Shown here piece after piece: positions 18,001 to 33,900 of a DNA stretch of 64,000 bases. A program made the position numbers and the translations under genes. Under the pieces are notes generated by a model. That model had not been told where the DNA came from. It searched no databases and was given only the letters and a program-made list of their open reading frames with translations. Position 1 is the stretch's first letter. Every line of letters begins with the position of its first letter. Origin of the DNA: Bugula neritina (lineage: Eukaryota; Animalia; Bryozoa); contig OZ037771.1 in assembly GCA_964035545.1 (NCBI GenBank), positions 10,296,480 through 10,360,479 of the forward strand. Reading direction: 5' to 3'.

Positions 18001-21000
18001 TATACTGCAACATACTGCAACATACTGAAATACACTGTAACAAACTGAAATACACTGCAGCACATTGTGAAATACTCCAACATAGTGAAAGACACTACAA
18101 CTCACTGAAGTTTAGTGTAATATACGGAAATGTACTTCAACATACTGAAAAACACTGCAACATATCGAAGTATATCGTAATATACAGACATGTACTGTAA
18201 CATACTGAAACATACTGAAACATACTGAAATATACTGCAGCATACTTAAATACTTTGTAACATACCGAAATAAGCTGCAACATACTGCAAGATACTGAAA
18301 TACACTGCAACACACTGAAATATACTGCAACATATTGAAATGTACTTCAACATACTGAAAAACACTGCAACACATTGAAATATATTTCAACACACTGAAA
18401 TATACTGCAACATACTGAAGTATACTGCAACATACTGAAATACACTGCAACATATCCAAGTATATCGTAATATACGGACATGTACTGTAACATACTGAAA
18501 CACACTGAAACATACTGAAACATACTGAGACATACTTCAACACACTGAAATATATTAAAACATACTGAAATATACTGCAACATCCTGCAACATACTGAAA
18601 TACACTGTAACAAACTGAAATACACTGCAACACATTGGAATATACTGCAACATACCCTAATATATTGTAATATACTGAAATATACTGCAACATACCGCAA
18701 CATACTGAAATACACTGTGACAAACTGAAATACACTGCAACACATTGGTATATACTGCAACATACCCAAAAGTATGGTAATATACTGAAATATACTGAAA
18801 AACACTGTATCACATTGAAAAATACTGCAACATATTGAAAGACACTACAACTCACTGAAGTATAGTGTAATATACCGAAATGTAGTGTAACATACTGATA
18901 TATACTGTTACACACTGAAATATACTGCAACATACTGCAACATACTGAATTACACTGTAACATACTAAAATACACGGCAACATTCTGCAACATTATTCAA
19001 CATACTGAAATACACTGTAACATAATGAAATACACTGCAACATACTGCAACATACTGAAGTACACTGTAAAATATTGAAATACACTGCAGCACATTGGAA
19101 TATACTGCAACACACTCAAATATACTGCAACATACTGAAATAAACTGCAACATACTGCAACATACTGAAGTACACTGTAACATACTGTAACATACTGAAA
19201 TACACTGCAACAAACTGCAACATACTGAAGTACACTGTACATGTTGAAAAACACTGCAACACACTGAAATATACTGCAACACACTGAAGTATACTGCAAA
19301 ATACTGAAATATATTTCAACATACTGCAACATACTGAAAGACACTACAACTCACTGAAGTATAGTGCAATATACAGAAATGTACTGTAACATACTGATGT
19401 CTACTGTAACACACTGAAATATACTGCAACATACTGATATACATTGTAACATACCGAAATAAGCTGCAACATACTGCAACATACTGTATTACACTGTAAT
19501 ATACTAAAATACACTGCGACATTTTGCAACATACTTCAAAATACTGAAATACACTGTAACATAATGAAATATACCGCAGCATACCGCAACATACTGAAAA
19601 AAACTGTAACAAACTGAAATACGCGGCAACACATTGGAATATACTGCAACATACCCAAACAAATGGCAGTATACTGAAATATACTGAAATACGCTGTAAC
19701 ACATTGAAAAATACTGCAACATACCGAAAGACAATACAACTCACTGAAGTATAGTGTAATATACGAAAATGTACTGTAACATACTGATATTTACTGCAAC
19801 ACACTGAAATACACTGCCTCATACTGAAATACACTGTAACATGCGAAAATAAACTGCAACATACTGCAACATGCTGAAATACACTGTAACATACTAAAAT
19901 ACACTGCAACATTCTGCAACATACTTCAACATACTGAAATACACCGTAACATAATGAAATACACTGTAACACCTTGAAATATACTGCAACAAACTGAAAT
20001 ATACTGCATCATACTGAAGTGTACTGCAACATACTGAAATACACTGCAACATATCGAAGTATATCGCAATATACAGACATGTACTGTAACATACTGAAAC
20101 ATACTAAAACATACTGAAATATACTGAAATACACAGCAACATACTGCAACATACTTAAGTACACTGTAACATATTGAAATACACTGCAACACATTGAAAT
20201 ATACCGCAACACACTGAAATATACTGCAACACATCCAAGTACATCGTAATATACGGACATGTACTGTAACATACTCAAAAATACTTAAACATACTGAAAC
20301 AAAATGAAATATACTTTAACACACTGAAGAATACTGCAAAATGCTGAAATATACTGTAACAAAGTGAAATATACTGCAAAATTCAGAAATATACTGTAAC
20401 ATACTGAAACATGAGCAATATACTGAAAAATGCCTCAACATACTCAAATACACTGCAAGAAACTGCAACATACGTAAATACACTATAACATACTGAAATA
20501 CACTGCAACATACTGCAACATACTGAAGTACACTGTAAAATATTGAAATACACCGCAACACATTGAAATACAATGCAACACACTGAAATATACTGCAGCA
20601 TACTGAAATGTACTTCAACGTACTGAAAAACACTGCAACATATCAAAGTATATCGTACTATACAGACATGTAGTGTAACATACTGAAACATACTGAAACA
20701 TACTGAAACATACTGAAACATACTGGAATACACTGTAACAAACTGAAATACACTGCAACAAGTTGGAAGATACTGCAACAAACCCAAGTATATGGTAATA
20801 TAATGAATTATACTGCAACATACCGCAACATACTGAAAAACACTGTAACAAACTGAAATACGCTGCAACTCATTGGAATATACTGCAACATACCCTCATA
20901 TATTGTAACATACCGAAATAAACTGCAACATACATCAACATACTGAAATACACTGTAACAAAATGAAATACACTGCAACACATTGAAATACACTGCAACA

Positions 21001-24000
21001 CACTGAAATATACTGCAACATACTGAAATGTACTTCAACATACTGAAAAACACTGCAACATATCAAAGTATATCGTAATATACAGACATGTACTGTAACA
21101 TTTTGAAACATACTGAAACGTACTGAAACATACTGAAACATACTGAAATACACTGTAACAAACTGAAGTACACTGCAACAAGTTGGAACATACTGCAACA
21201 TACCCAAATATATGGTAATATCCTGAAATATACTGAAATACACTGTAACACGTTGAAAAATACTGCAACATACTGAAACACACTACAACTCACTGAAGTA
21301 TAGTTTAAGTTACTGAAATGTACTGTAACATACTAATATTTACTGCAACACACTGAAATATACTGCAACATACTGAAATACACTGTAACATACCAAAATA
21401 AACTGCAACATACTGCAACATACTGAAATACACTGTAACATACTAAAATACGCTGCAAGACATTGAAATATACCGCAACATACTGGAATATACTGCAACA
21501 CATCCAAGTACATCGTAATATACGAACATGTACTGTAACATACTGAAATAGACTGAAACATACTGAAACATACTGAAACAAATGAAATATACTGTAACAG
21601 ACTGAATAATACGGCAAAATGCTGAAATATACTGTAACACAGTGAAGTATACTGCAAAATTCTGAAACACACTGTAACATACTAAAACATGAGCAATATA
21701 CTGAAAAATACTTCAACATACTCAAATATACTGCAAGATACTGCAACATACGTAAATACACTGTAACATACTGAAATACACTGCAACATATTGCAGCATA
21801 CTGAAGTACACTGTAAAATATTGAAATACACTGCAACACATTGGAATATACTGCAACACACTAAAATATACTGCAACATACTGAAATATACTGCAACACA
21901 CTGCAACATACTGAAATACACTGTAACATACTGTAACATACTGAAATACACTGCAACATACTGAAGTACACTGTACATATTTAAAAACACTGCAACACAC
22001 TGAAATGTACTGCAACACACTGCAACATACTGCAACATACTGAAAGACACTACAACTCACTGAAGTATAGTGCAATATGCAGAAATGTACTGTAACATAC
22101 TGATATTTACTGTAACACACTGAAACATACTGCAACATACTGAAATACACTGTAACATACCGAAATAAGCAGCAACATACTGCAACATACAGAAATACAC
22201 TGTAACATACTAAAGTACACTGCAACATACTAAAATACACTGCAGCATACTGCAACAGACTGAAATACACTGTAACAAACTGAAGAACACTGCAACACCT
22301 TGGAATATACTGCAACATACTGAAATACACTGTAACATACCGAAATAAACTGCAACATACCGCAACATACTGAAATACACTGTAACATACTAAAATACAC
22401 TGCAACATACTGCAACATACTTCAACGTACTGAAATACACTGTAACATAATGAAAAACACTGCAACGCATTGAAATATACTGCAACACACTGAAATATAC
22501 TGCAACATACTGAAATGTACTTCAACATACTGAAAAGAACTGCAACATATCGAAGAATATCGTAATATACAGACATGTACTGTAACGTACTGAAACACAC
22601 TGAAACAAACTGAAACATACTGAAACATACTGAAACATACTGAAACATACTGAAACATACTGAAATACACTGCAAAATACTGCAACATACTGAAGTACAC
22701 TGTAATGTTTTGAAATACACTGCAACATACTGCAACATACTGAAGTACACTGTAAAAGATTGAAATACACTGCAACACATTGGAATATACTGCAACACAC
22801 TGAAATATACTGCAACATACTGTAACATACTGAAAGACACTACAACTCACTGAAGTATAGTGCAATATACAGAATTGTACTGTAACATACCGATATTTAC
22901 TGTAACACACTTAAATATACTGCAACATACTGAAATACACTGTAACATACCGAAATAAGCTGCAACATACTGCAACATACTGAAATACACTGCAACATGC
23001 TAAAATACACCACAACATACAAAAATACATTGCAACATTCTGCAACATACTTCAACATACTGAAATACACTGTAACATAATGAAATACACTGCAACACAT
23101 TGAAATATACTGCAACAAACTGAAATATACTGCAACATACTGAAGTATACTGCAACATACTGAAATACACTGCAACATATCCAAGTATATCGTAATATAC
23201 GGACATGTACTGTAACATACTGAAACACACTGAAACATACTGAAACATACTGAGACATACTTCAACACACTGAAATATATTAAAACATACTGAAATATAC
23301 TGCAACATCCTGCAACATACTGAAATACACTGTAACAAACTGAAATACACTGCAACACATTGGAATATACTGCAACATACCCTAATATATTGTAATATAC
23401 TGAAACATACTGCAACATACCGCAACATACTGAAATACACTGTGACAAACTGAAATACACTGCAACACATTGGTATATACTGCAACATACCCAAATATAT
23501 GGTAATATACTGAAATATACTGAAAAACACTGTATCACATTGAAAAATACTGCAACATATTGAAAGACACTACAACTCACTGAAGTATAGTGTAATATAC
23601 CGAAATGTAGTGTAACATACTGATATATACTGTTACACACTGAAATATACTGCAACATACTGCAACATACTGAATTACACTGTAACATACTAAAATACAC
23701 TGCAACATTCTGCAACATTATTCAACATACTGAAATACACTGTAACATAATGAAATACACTGCAACATACTGCAACATACTGAAGTACACTGTAAAATAT
23801 TGAAATACACTGCAGCACATTGGAATATACTGCAACACACTGAAATAAACTGCAACATTTTGAAATATACTGCAACATACTGCAACATCCTGAAATACAC
23901 TGTAACATACTGCAACATACTGAAATACACTGTAACAAACTGAAATACACTGCAACACGTTGGAGTATACTGCAACATACCCAAATAAATGGTAATATAC

Positions 24001-27000
24001 TGAAATATACTGAAATAAACTGTAACACATTGAAAAATACTGCAACATACTGAAAGACACTACAACTCACTGAAGTATAGTGTGACTTACTGAAATGTAC
24101 TGTAACATACTGATATTTACTACAACACACTGAAATATACTGCAACATACTGAAGTATACTGCAACATACTGAAATACACTGCAACATATCCAAGTATAT
24201 CGTAATATGCGGACATGTACTGTAACATACTGAAACACACTGAAACATACTGAAACATACTGAAATACACTGTAACATACTAAAATGCACTGCAACATTC
24301 TGCAACATACTTCAACATACTCAAATACACTGTAACATGATGAAATACACTGCAAGAAATTGAAATATACCGCAACACACTGGAATATACTGCAACACAT
24401 CCGAATACATCGTAATATATGGACATGTACTGTAACATACCGAAACATACTGAAACATACTGAAACAAAATGAAATATACTGTAACACACTGAATAATAC
24501 TGCTAAATGCTGAAATATACTATAACACAGTGAAGTATACTGCAAAATTCTGAAACACTGTAACATACTAAAACATGAGCAATATACTGAAAAATGCCTC
24601 AACATACTCAAATATACTGCAAGATACTGCAACATACGTAAATACGCTGTAACATACTGAAATACACTGCAAAATACTGCAACATACTAAAGTACACTGT
24701 AAAAAATTGAAATACACTGCAACACATTGGAATATGCTGCAACACACTGAAATATACTGCAAGATACTGAAATAAACTGCAACATACTGCAACATACTGA
24801 AGTACACTGTAACATACTGTAACATACTGAAATAGACTGTAACATACCAAAATAAACTGCAACATACTGCAACATACTGAAATACACTGTAACATACTAA
24901 AATGCACTGCAACATTCTGCAACATACTTCAACATACTCAAATACACTGTAACATGATGAAATACACTGCAAGACATTGAAATATACCGCAACACACTGG
25001 AATATACTGCAACACATCCGAATACATCGTAATATATGGACATGTACTGTAACATACTGAAACATACTGAAACATACTGAAACAAAACGAAATATACTGT
25101 AACACACTGAATAATACTGCTAAATGCTGAAATATACTGTAACACAGTGAAGTATACTGCAAAATTCTGAAACACTGTAACATACTAAAACATGAGCATT
25201 ATACTGAAAAATGCCTCAACATACTCAAATATACTGCAAGATACTGCAACATACGTAAATACGCTGTAACATACTGAAATACACTGCAAAATACTGCAAC
25301 ATACTAAAGTACACTGTAAAAAATTGAAATACACTGCAACACATTGGAATATGCCGCAACACACTGAAATATACTGCAACATACTGAAATAAACTGCAAC
25401 ATACTGCAACATACTGCAACATACTGAAGTACACTGTAACATACTGTAACATACTGAAATAGACTGCAACAAACTGCAACATGCTGAATTACACTGTACA
25501 TATTGAAAAACACTGCAACACACTGAAATATACTGCAACACACTGAAGTATACTGCAAAGTACTGAAATATACTTCAAAATACTCAACATACTGAAAGAC
25601 ACTACAACTCACTGAAGTATAGTGCAATATACAGAAATGTCCTGTAACATACTGATATCTACTGTAACACACTGAAATATACTGCAACCTACAGAAATAC
25701 TTTGTAACATACCGAAATAAGCGTCAACATACTGCAACACACTGTATTACACTGTAACATACTAAAATACACTGCAACATTCTGCAACATACTTCAACAT
25801 ACTGAAATACACTGTAACATTATGAAATATACCGCAGCATACCGCAGCATACTGAAAAACACTGTAACAAACTGAAACACGCTGCAACACATTGCAATAT
25901 ACTGCAACATACCCAAACAAATGTCAATGTACTGAAATATACTGAAATACGCTGTAACACATTGAAAAATACTGCAACATACTGAAAGACAATACAACTC
26001 ACTGAAGTATAGTGTAATATACGAAAATGTAATGTAACATACTGATATTTACTGCAACACACGGAAATATACTGCAACATACTGAAATACACTGTAACAT
26101 GCAAAAATAAACTGCAACATACTGCAACATACTGAAATACACTGTAACATACCAAAATAAACTGCAACATACTGCAACATACTGAAATACACTGTAACAT
26201 ACTAAAATGCACTGCAACATTCTGCAACATACTTCATCATACTCAAATACACTGTAACATGATGAAATACACTGCAAGACATTGAAATATACCGCAACAC
26301 ACTGGAATATACTGCAACACATCCGAATACATCGTAATATATGGACATGTACTGTAACATACTGAAACATACTGAAACATACTGAAACAAAATGAAATAT
26401 ACTGTAACACACTGAATAATACTGCTAAATGCTGAAATATACTGTAACACAGTGAAGTATACTGCAAAATTCTGAAACACTGTAACATACTAAAACATGA
26501 GCAATATACTGAAAAATGCCTCAACATACTCAAAAATACTGCAAGATACTCCAACATACGTAAAGACACTGTAACATACTGAAATACACTGCAACATACT
26601 GCAACATACTGAAATACACTGTAAAAAATTGAAATACACTGCAACACATTGGAATATGCTGCAACACACTGAAATATACTGCAACATACTGAAATACACT
26701 GTAATATACTAAAATACACTGCAACATCCTGCAACATACTTCAACATACTGAAATACACTGTAACATAATGAAATATACCGCAGCATACCGCAACATACT
26801 GAAAAACACTGTAACAAACTGAAATACGCTGCAACACATTGGAATATGCTGCAACACACCGAAATATACTGCAACATACTAAAATAAACTGCAACATACT
26901 GCAACATACTGAAGTACACTGTAACATACTGTAACATACTGAAATAGACTGCAACAAACTGCAACATACTGAAGTACACTGTACATATTGAAAAACACTG

Positions 27001-29750
27001 CAACACACTGAAGTATACTGCAACACACTGAAGTATACTGCAAAATACTGAAATATACTTCAACATACTGCAACATACTTAAAGACAATACAACTCACTG
27101 AAGTATAGTGTAATATACGAAAATGTACTGTAACATACTGATATTTACTGCAACACACTGAAATATACTGCAACATACTGAAATACACTGTAACATGCCA
27201 AAATAAACTGCAACATACTGCAACATAATGAAATACGCTGCAACACCTTGGAATATACTGCAACAAACTGCAATATACTGCATCATACTGAAGTGTACTG
27301 CAACATACTGAAATAGACTGCAACAAACGGCAACATGCTGAATTACACTGTACATATTGAAAAACACTGCAACACACTGAAATATACTGCAACATACTGC
27401 AACATACTAAAATACACTGAAACATTCTGCAACATACTTCAACATACTGAAATACACTGCAACATATCGATGTATATCGTAAAACACAGACATGTACTGT
27501 AACATACTGAAACATATTGAAACATACTGAAATATACTGAAATACACAGCAACATACTGCAACATACTGAAGTACACTGTAACATATTGAAATACACTGC
27601 AACACATTTAAATATACCGCAACACACTGAAATATACTGCAACACATCCAAGTACATCGTAATATACGGACATGTACTGTAACATACTCAAAAATACTGA
27701 AACAAACTGAAACAAAATGAAATATACTTTAACACATTGAATAATACTGCAAAATGCTGAAATATACTGTAACAAAGTGAAGTAAACTGAAAAATTCTGA
27801 AATATACTGTAACATACTGAAACATGAGAAACATACTGAAATATGCCTCAACATACTCAAATATACTGCAAGATACTGCAACATATGTAATTACACTGTA
27901 ACATACTGAAATACACTGCAACATACTGCAACATACTGAAGTACACTGTAAAATATTCAAATACACTGCAACACATTGGAATATACTGCAACGCACTGAA
28001 ATGTACTGCAACATACTGAAATATATTGCAACATACTGCAACATACTGAAATACACTGTAACATACTGAAATACACTGCAAAAAACTGCAACATACTGAA
28101 GTACACTGTACATATTGCAAAACACTGCAACACATTGAAATATACTTCAACACACTGAAGTATACTAAAACATGTTGAAATATACTGCAACACACTGCAA
28201 CATACTGAAATACACTGTAACAAACTGAAATACACTGCAACACATTGAAAAATACTGCAACATAGTGAAGGACACTACAACTAACTGAAGTTTAGTGTAA
28301 TATACGGAAATTTACTGTAACATACTGATATTTACTCTAACACACTGAAATATACTGCAACATACTAAAATAAACTGCAACATACTGCAACATACTGAAG
28401 TACACTGTAACATACTGTAACATACTGAAATAGACTGCAACAAACTGCAACATACTGAAGTACACTGTACGTATTGAAAAACACTGCAACACACTGAAGT
28501 ATACTGCAACACACTGAAGTATACTGCAAAATACTGAAATATACTTCAACATACTGCAACATACTTAAAGACAATACAACTCACTGAAGTATAGTGTAAT
28601 ATACGAAAATGTACTGTAACATACTGATATTTACTGCAACACACTGAAATATACTGCAACATACTGAAATACACTGTAACATGCCAAAATAAACTGCAAC
28701 ATACTGCAACATAATGAAATACGCTGCAACACCTTGGAATATACTGCAACAAACTGAAATATACTGCATCATACTGAAGTGTACTGCAACATACTCAAAT
28801 ACACTGCAACATATCGATGTATATCGTGAAACACAGACATGTACTGTAACATACTGAAACATATTGAAACATACTGAAATATACTGAAATACACAGCAAC
28901 ATACTGCAACATACTGAAGTACACTGTAACATATTGAAATACACTGCAACACATTGAAATATACCGCAACACACTGAAATATACTGCAACACATCCAAAT
29001 ACATCGTAATATACGGACATGTACTGTAACATACTCAAAAATACTGAAACAAACTGAAACAAAATGAAATATACTTTAACACACTGAATAATACTGCAAA
29101 ATGCTGAAATATACTGTAACAAAGTGAAGTAAACTGAAAAATTCTGAAATATACTGTAACATACTGAAACATGAGAAACATACTGAAATATGCCTCAACA
29201 TACTCAAATATACTGCAAGATACTGCAACATATGTAATTACACTGTAACATACTGAAATACACTGCAACATACTGCAACATACTGAAGTACACTGTAAAA
29301 TATTCAAATACACTGCAACACATTGAAATATACTTCAACACACTAAAATATACTAAAACATGTTGAAATATACTGCAACATACTGCAACATACTGAAATA
29401 CACTGTAACAAACTGAAATACACTGCAACACATTGAAAAATACTGCAACATAGTGAAGGACACTACAACTCACTGAAGTTTAGTGTAATATACGGAAATT
29501 TACTGTAACATACTGATATTTACTCTAACACACTGAAATATACTGCAACATACTAAAATAAACTGCAACATACTGCAACATACTGAAGTACACTGTAACA
29601 TACTGTAACATACTGAAATAGACTGCAACAAACTGCAACATACTGAAGTACACTGTACATATTGAAAAACACTGCAACACACTGAAGTATACTGCAACAC
29701 ACTGAAGTATACTGCAAAATACTGAAATATAATTCAACATACTGCAACAT

Positions 29751-30995
29751 ACTTAAAGACAATACAACTCACTGACGTATAGTGTAATATACGAAAATGT
29801 ACTGTAACATACTGATATTTACTGCAACACACTGAAATATACTGCAACATACTGAAATACACTGTAACATGCCAAAATAAACTGCAACATACTGCAACAT
29901 AATGAAATACGCTGCAACACCTTGGAATATACTGCAACAAACTGAAATATACTGCATCATACTGAAGTGTACTGCAACATACTGAAATAGACTGCAACAA
30001 AAGGCAACATGCTGAATTACACTGTACATATTGAAAAACACTGCAACACACTGAAATATACTGCAACATACTGCAACATACTAAAATACGCTGAAACATT
30101 CTGCAACATACTTCAACATTTTGAAATACACTGCAACACATTGAAATATACTGCAACACACTGAAATATACTGCAACACATCCAAGTACATTGTAATATA
30201 CGGACATGTACTGTAACATACTGCAACACACTGAAATATACTGCAACACACTGTTGTATACTGCAAAATACTGAAATATACTTCAACATTCTGCAACGTA
30301 CTTAAAGACAATACAACTCACTGAAGTATAGTGTAATATACGAAAATGTACTGTAACATACTGATATTTACTGCAACACACTGAAATATACTGCAACATA
30401 CTGAAATACACTGTAACATGCCAAAATAAACTGCAACATACTGCAACATAATGAAATACGCTGCAACACCTTGGAATATACTGCAACAAACTGAAATATA
30501 CTGCATCATACTGAAGTGTACTGCAACATACTGAAATAGACTGCAACAAAAGGCAACATGCTGAATTACACTGTACATATTGAAAAACACTGCAACACAC
30601 TGAAATATACTGCAACATACTGCAACATACTAAAATACGCTGAAACATTCTGCAACATACTTCAACATTTTGAAATACACTGCAACACATTGAAATATAC
30701 TGCAACACACTGAAATATACTGCAACACATCCAAGTACATTGTAATATACGGACATGTACTGTAACATACTGCAACACACTGAAATATACTGCAACACAC
30801 TGTTGTATACTGCAAAATACTGAAATATACTTCAACATTCTGCAACGTACTTAAAGACAATACAACTCACTGAAGTATAGTGTAATATACGAAAATGTAC
30901 TGTAACATACTGATATTTACTGCAACACACTGAAATATACTGCAACATACTGAAATACACTGTAACATGCCAAAATAAACTGCAACATACTGCAA
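29751..30995. repeat. 549-bp tandem duplication within SatA (two copies plus a partial third)
   Basis: ACTTAAAGACAATACAACTC at 29751, 30300 and 30849. Near-identical translated ORFs at 29734/30283, 29769/30318 and 30081/30630 (offset 549). Private variant TGTTGTATAC is present in both full copies. Confidence 0.9.
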
Positions 30996-33900
30996 CATAC
31001 TGAAACACACTATAACATACTGAAATACACTGCAACATACTGCAACATACTGAAGTAAACTGTAAAATATTGAAATACACTGCAACACATTGGAATATAC
31101 TGCAACACACTGAACTATACTGAAACATACTGAATATACTGCAACATACTGCAACATACTGAAATACACTGTTTCATGCTAAAATACACTGCAACATTCT
31201 GCAACATACTTCAACATACTGAAATACACTGTAACATAATGAAATATACCGCAGCATACCGCAACATACTGAAAAACACTGTAACAAACTGAAATACGCT
31301 GCAACACATTGGAATATACTGCAACATACCCAAACAAATGGCAATATACTGAAATATACTGAAGTACGCTGTAACACATTGAAAAATACTGCCACATACT
31401 GAAAGACAATACAACTCAATGAAGTATAGTGCAATAAACGAAAATGTACTGTAACATACTGATACTTACTGCAACACACTGAAATATACTGCAACATACT
31501 GAATTACACTGTAATATACTAAAATACACTGCAACATCCTGCAACATACTTCAACATACTGAAATACACTGTAACATAATGAAATATACCGCAGCATACC
31601 GCAACATACTGAAAAACACTGTAACAAACTGAATTACGCTGCAACACATTGGAATATGCTGCAACACACCGAAATACACTGCAACATACTAAAATAAACT
31701 GCAACATACTGCAACATACTGAAGTACACTGTAACATACTGTAACATACTGAAATAGACTGCAACAAACTGCAACATACTGAAGTACACTGTACATATTG
31801 AAAAACACTGCAACACACTGAAGTATACTGCAACACACTGAAGTATACCGCAAAATACTGAAATATACTTCAACATACTGCAACATACTTAAAGACAATA
31901 CAACTCACTGAAGTATAGTGTAATATACGAAAATGTACTGTAACATACTGAAATATACTGCAACATACTGAAATACACTGTAACATGCCAAAATAAACTG
32001 CAACATACTGCAACATAATGAAATACGCTGCAACACCTTGGAATATACTGCAACAAACTGAAATATACTGCATCATACTGAAGTGTACTGCAACATACTC
32101 AAATACACTGCAACATATCGATGTATATCGTAAAACACAGACATGTACTGTAACATACCGAAACATATTGAAACATACTGAAATATACTGAAATACACAG
32201 CAACATACTGCAACATACTGAAGTACACTGTAACATATTGAAATACACTGCAACACATTGAAATGTACCGCAACACACTGAAATATACTGCAACACATCC
32301 AAGTACATCGTAATATACGGACATGTACTGTAACATACTCAAAAATACTGAAACAAACTGAAACAAAATGAAATATACTTTAACACACTGAATAATACTG
32401 CAAAATGCTGAAATATACTGTAACAAAGTGAAGTAAACTGAAAAATTCTGAAATATACTGTAACATACTGAAACATGAGAAACATACTGAAATATGCCTC
32501 AACATACTCAAATATACTGCAGGATACTGCAACATATGTAATTACACTGTAACATGCTGAAATACACTGCAACATACTGCAACATACTGAAGTACACTGT
32601 AAAATATTCAAATACACTGCAACACATTGGAATATACTGCAACGCACTGAAATGTACTGCAACATACTGAAATATATTGCAACATACTGCAACATACTGA
32701 AATACACTGTAACATACTGAAATACACTGCAAAAAACTGCAACATACTGAAGTACACTGTACATATTGCAAAACACTGCAACACATTGAAATATACTTCA
32801 ACACACTGATATATACTAAAACATGTTGAAATATACTGCAACATACTGCAACATACTGAAATACACTGTAACAAACTGAAATACACTGCAACACATTGAA
32901 AAATACTGCAACATAGTGAAGGACACTACAACTCACTGAAGTTTAGTGTAATATACGGAAATTTACTGTAACATACTGATTATTACTCTAACACACTGAA
33001 ATATACTGCAACATACTGGAATGCACTGTAACATACCGAAATAAACTGCAACATACTGCAACATACTGAATTACACTGTAACATACTAAAATACACTGCA
33101 ACATTCTGCAACATACTTCAACATACTGAAATAAACTGTAACGTAATGAAAGTTACCGCAACATACCGCAACATACTGAAAAACACTGTAACAAACTGAA
33201 ATACGCTGCAACACATTTGAATATACTGCAACATACCCAAATAAATGGTACTATACTGAAATATACTGAAATACACTGTAACACATTGAAAAATACTGCA
33301 ACATACTGAAAGACACTACAACTCACTGAAGTATAGTGTAATATACGAAAATGAATTCTAACATACTGATATTTACTGCAACACACTGAAATATACTGCA
33401 ACATACTGAAATACACTGTAACATGCCAAAATAAACTGCAACATACTGCAACATACTGAAATACACTGTAACATACTAAAATACACTGAAACATTTTGCA
33501 ACATACTTCAACATACTGAAATACACTGTAACATAATGAAATACACTGCAACATATTGAAATATACTGCAACACACTGAAATATACTGCAACACATCCAA
33601 GTACATTGTAATATACGGACATGTAGTGTAACATACTGAAACATACTGAAACAAAATAAAATATACTGTAACACACTGAGTAATACTGCGAAATGCTGAA
33701 ATATACTGTAACACAGTGAAGTATACTGCAAAATTCTGCAATATACTGTAACATACTGAAACATGAGCAATATACTGAAAAATGCCTCAACATACTCAAA
33801 TACACTGCAAGAAACTGCAACATCTGTAAATACACTATAACATACTGAAATACACTGCAACATACTGCAACATACTGAAGTACACTGTAAAATATTGAAA

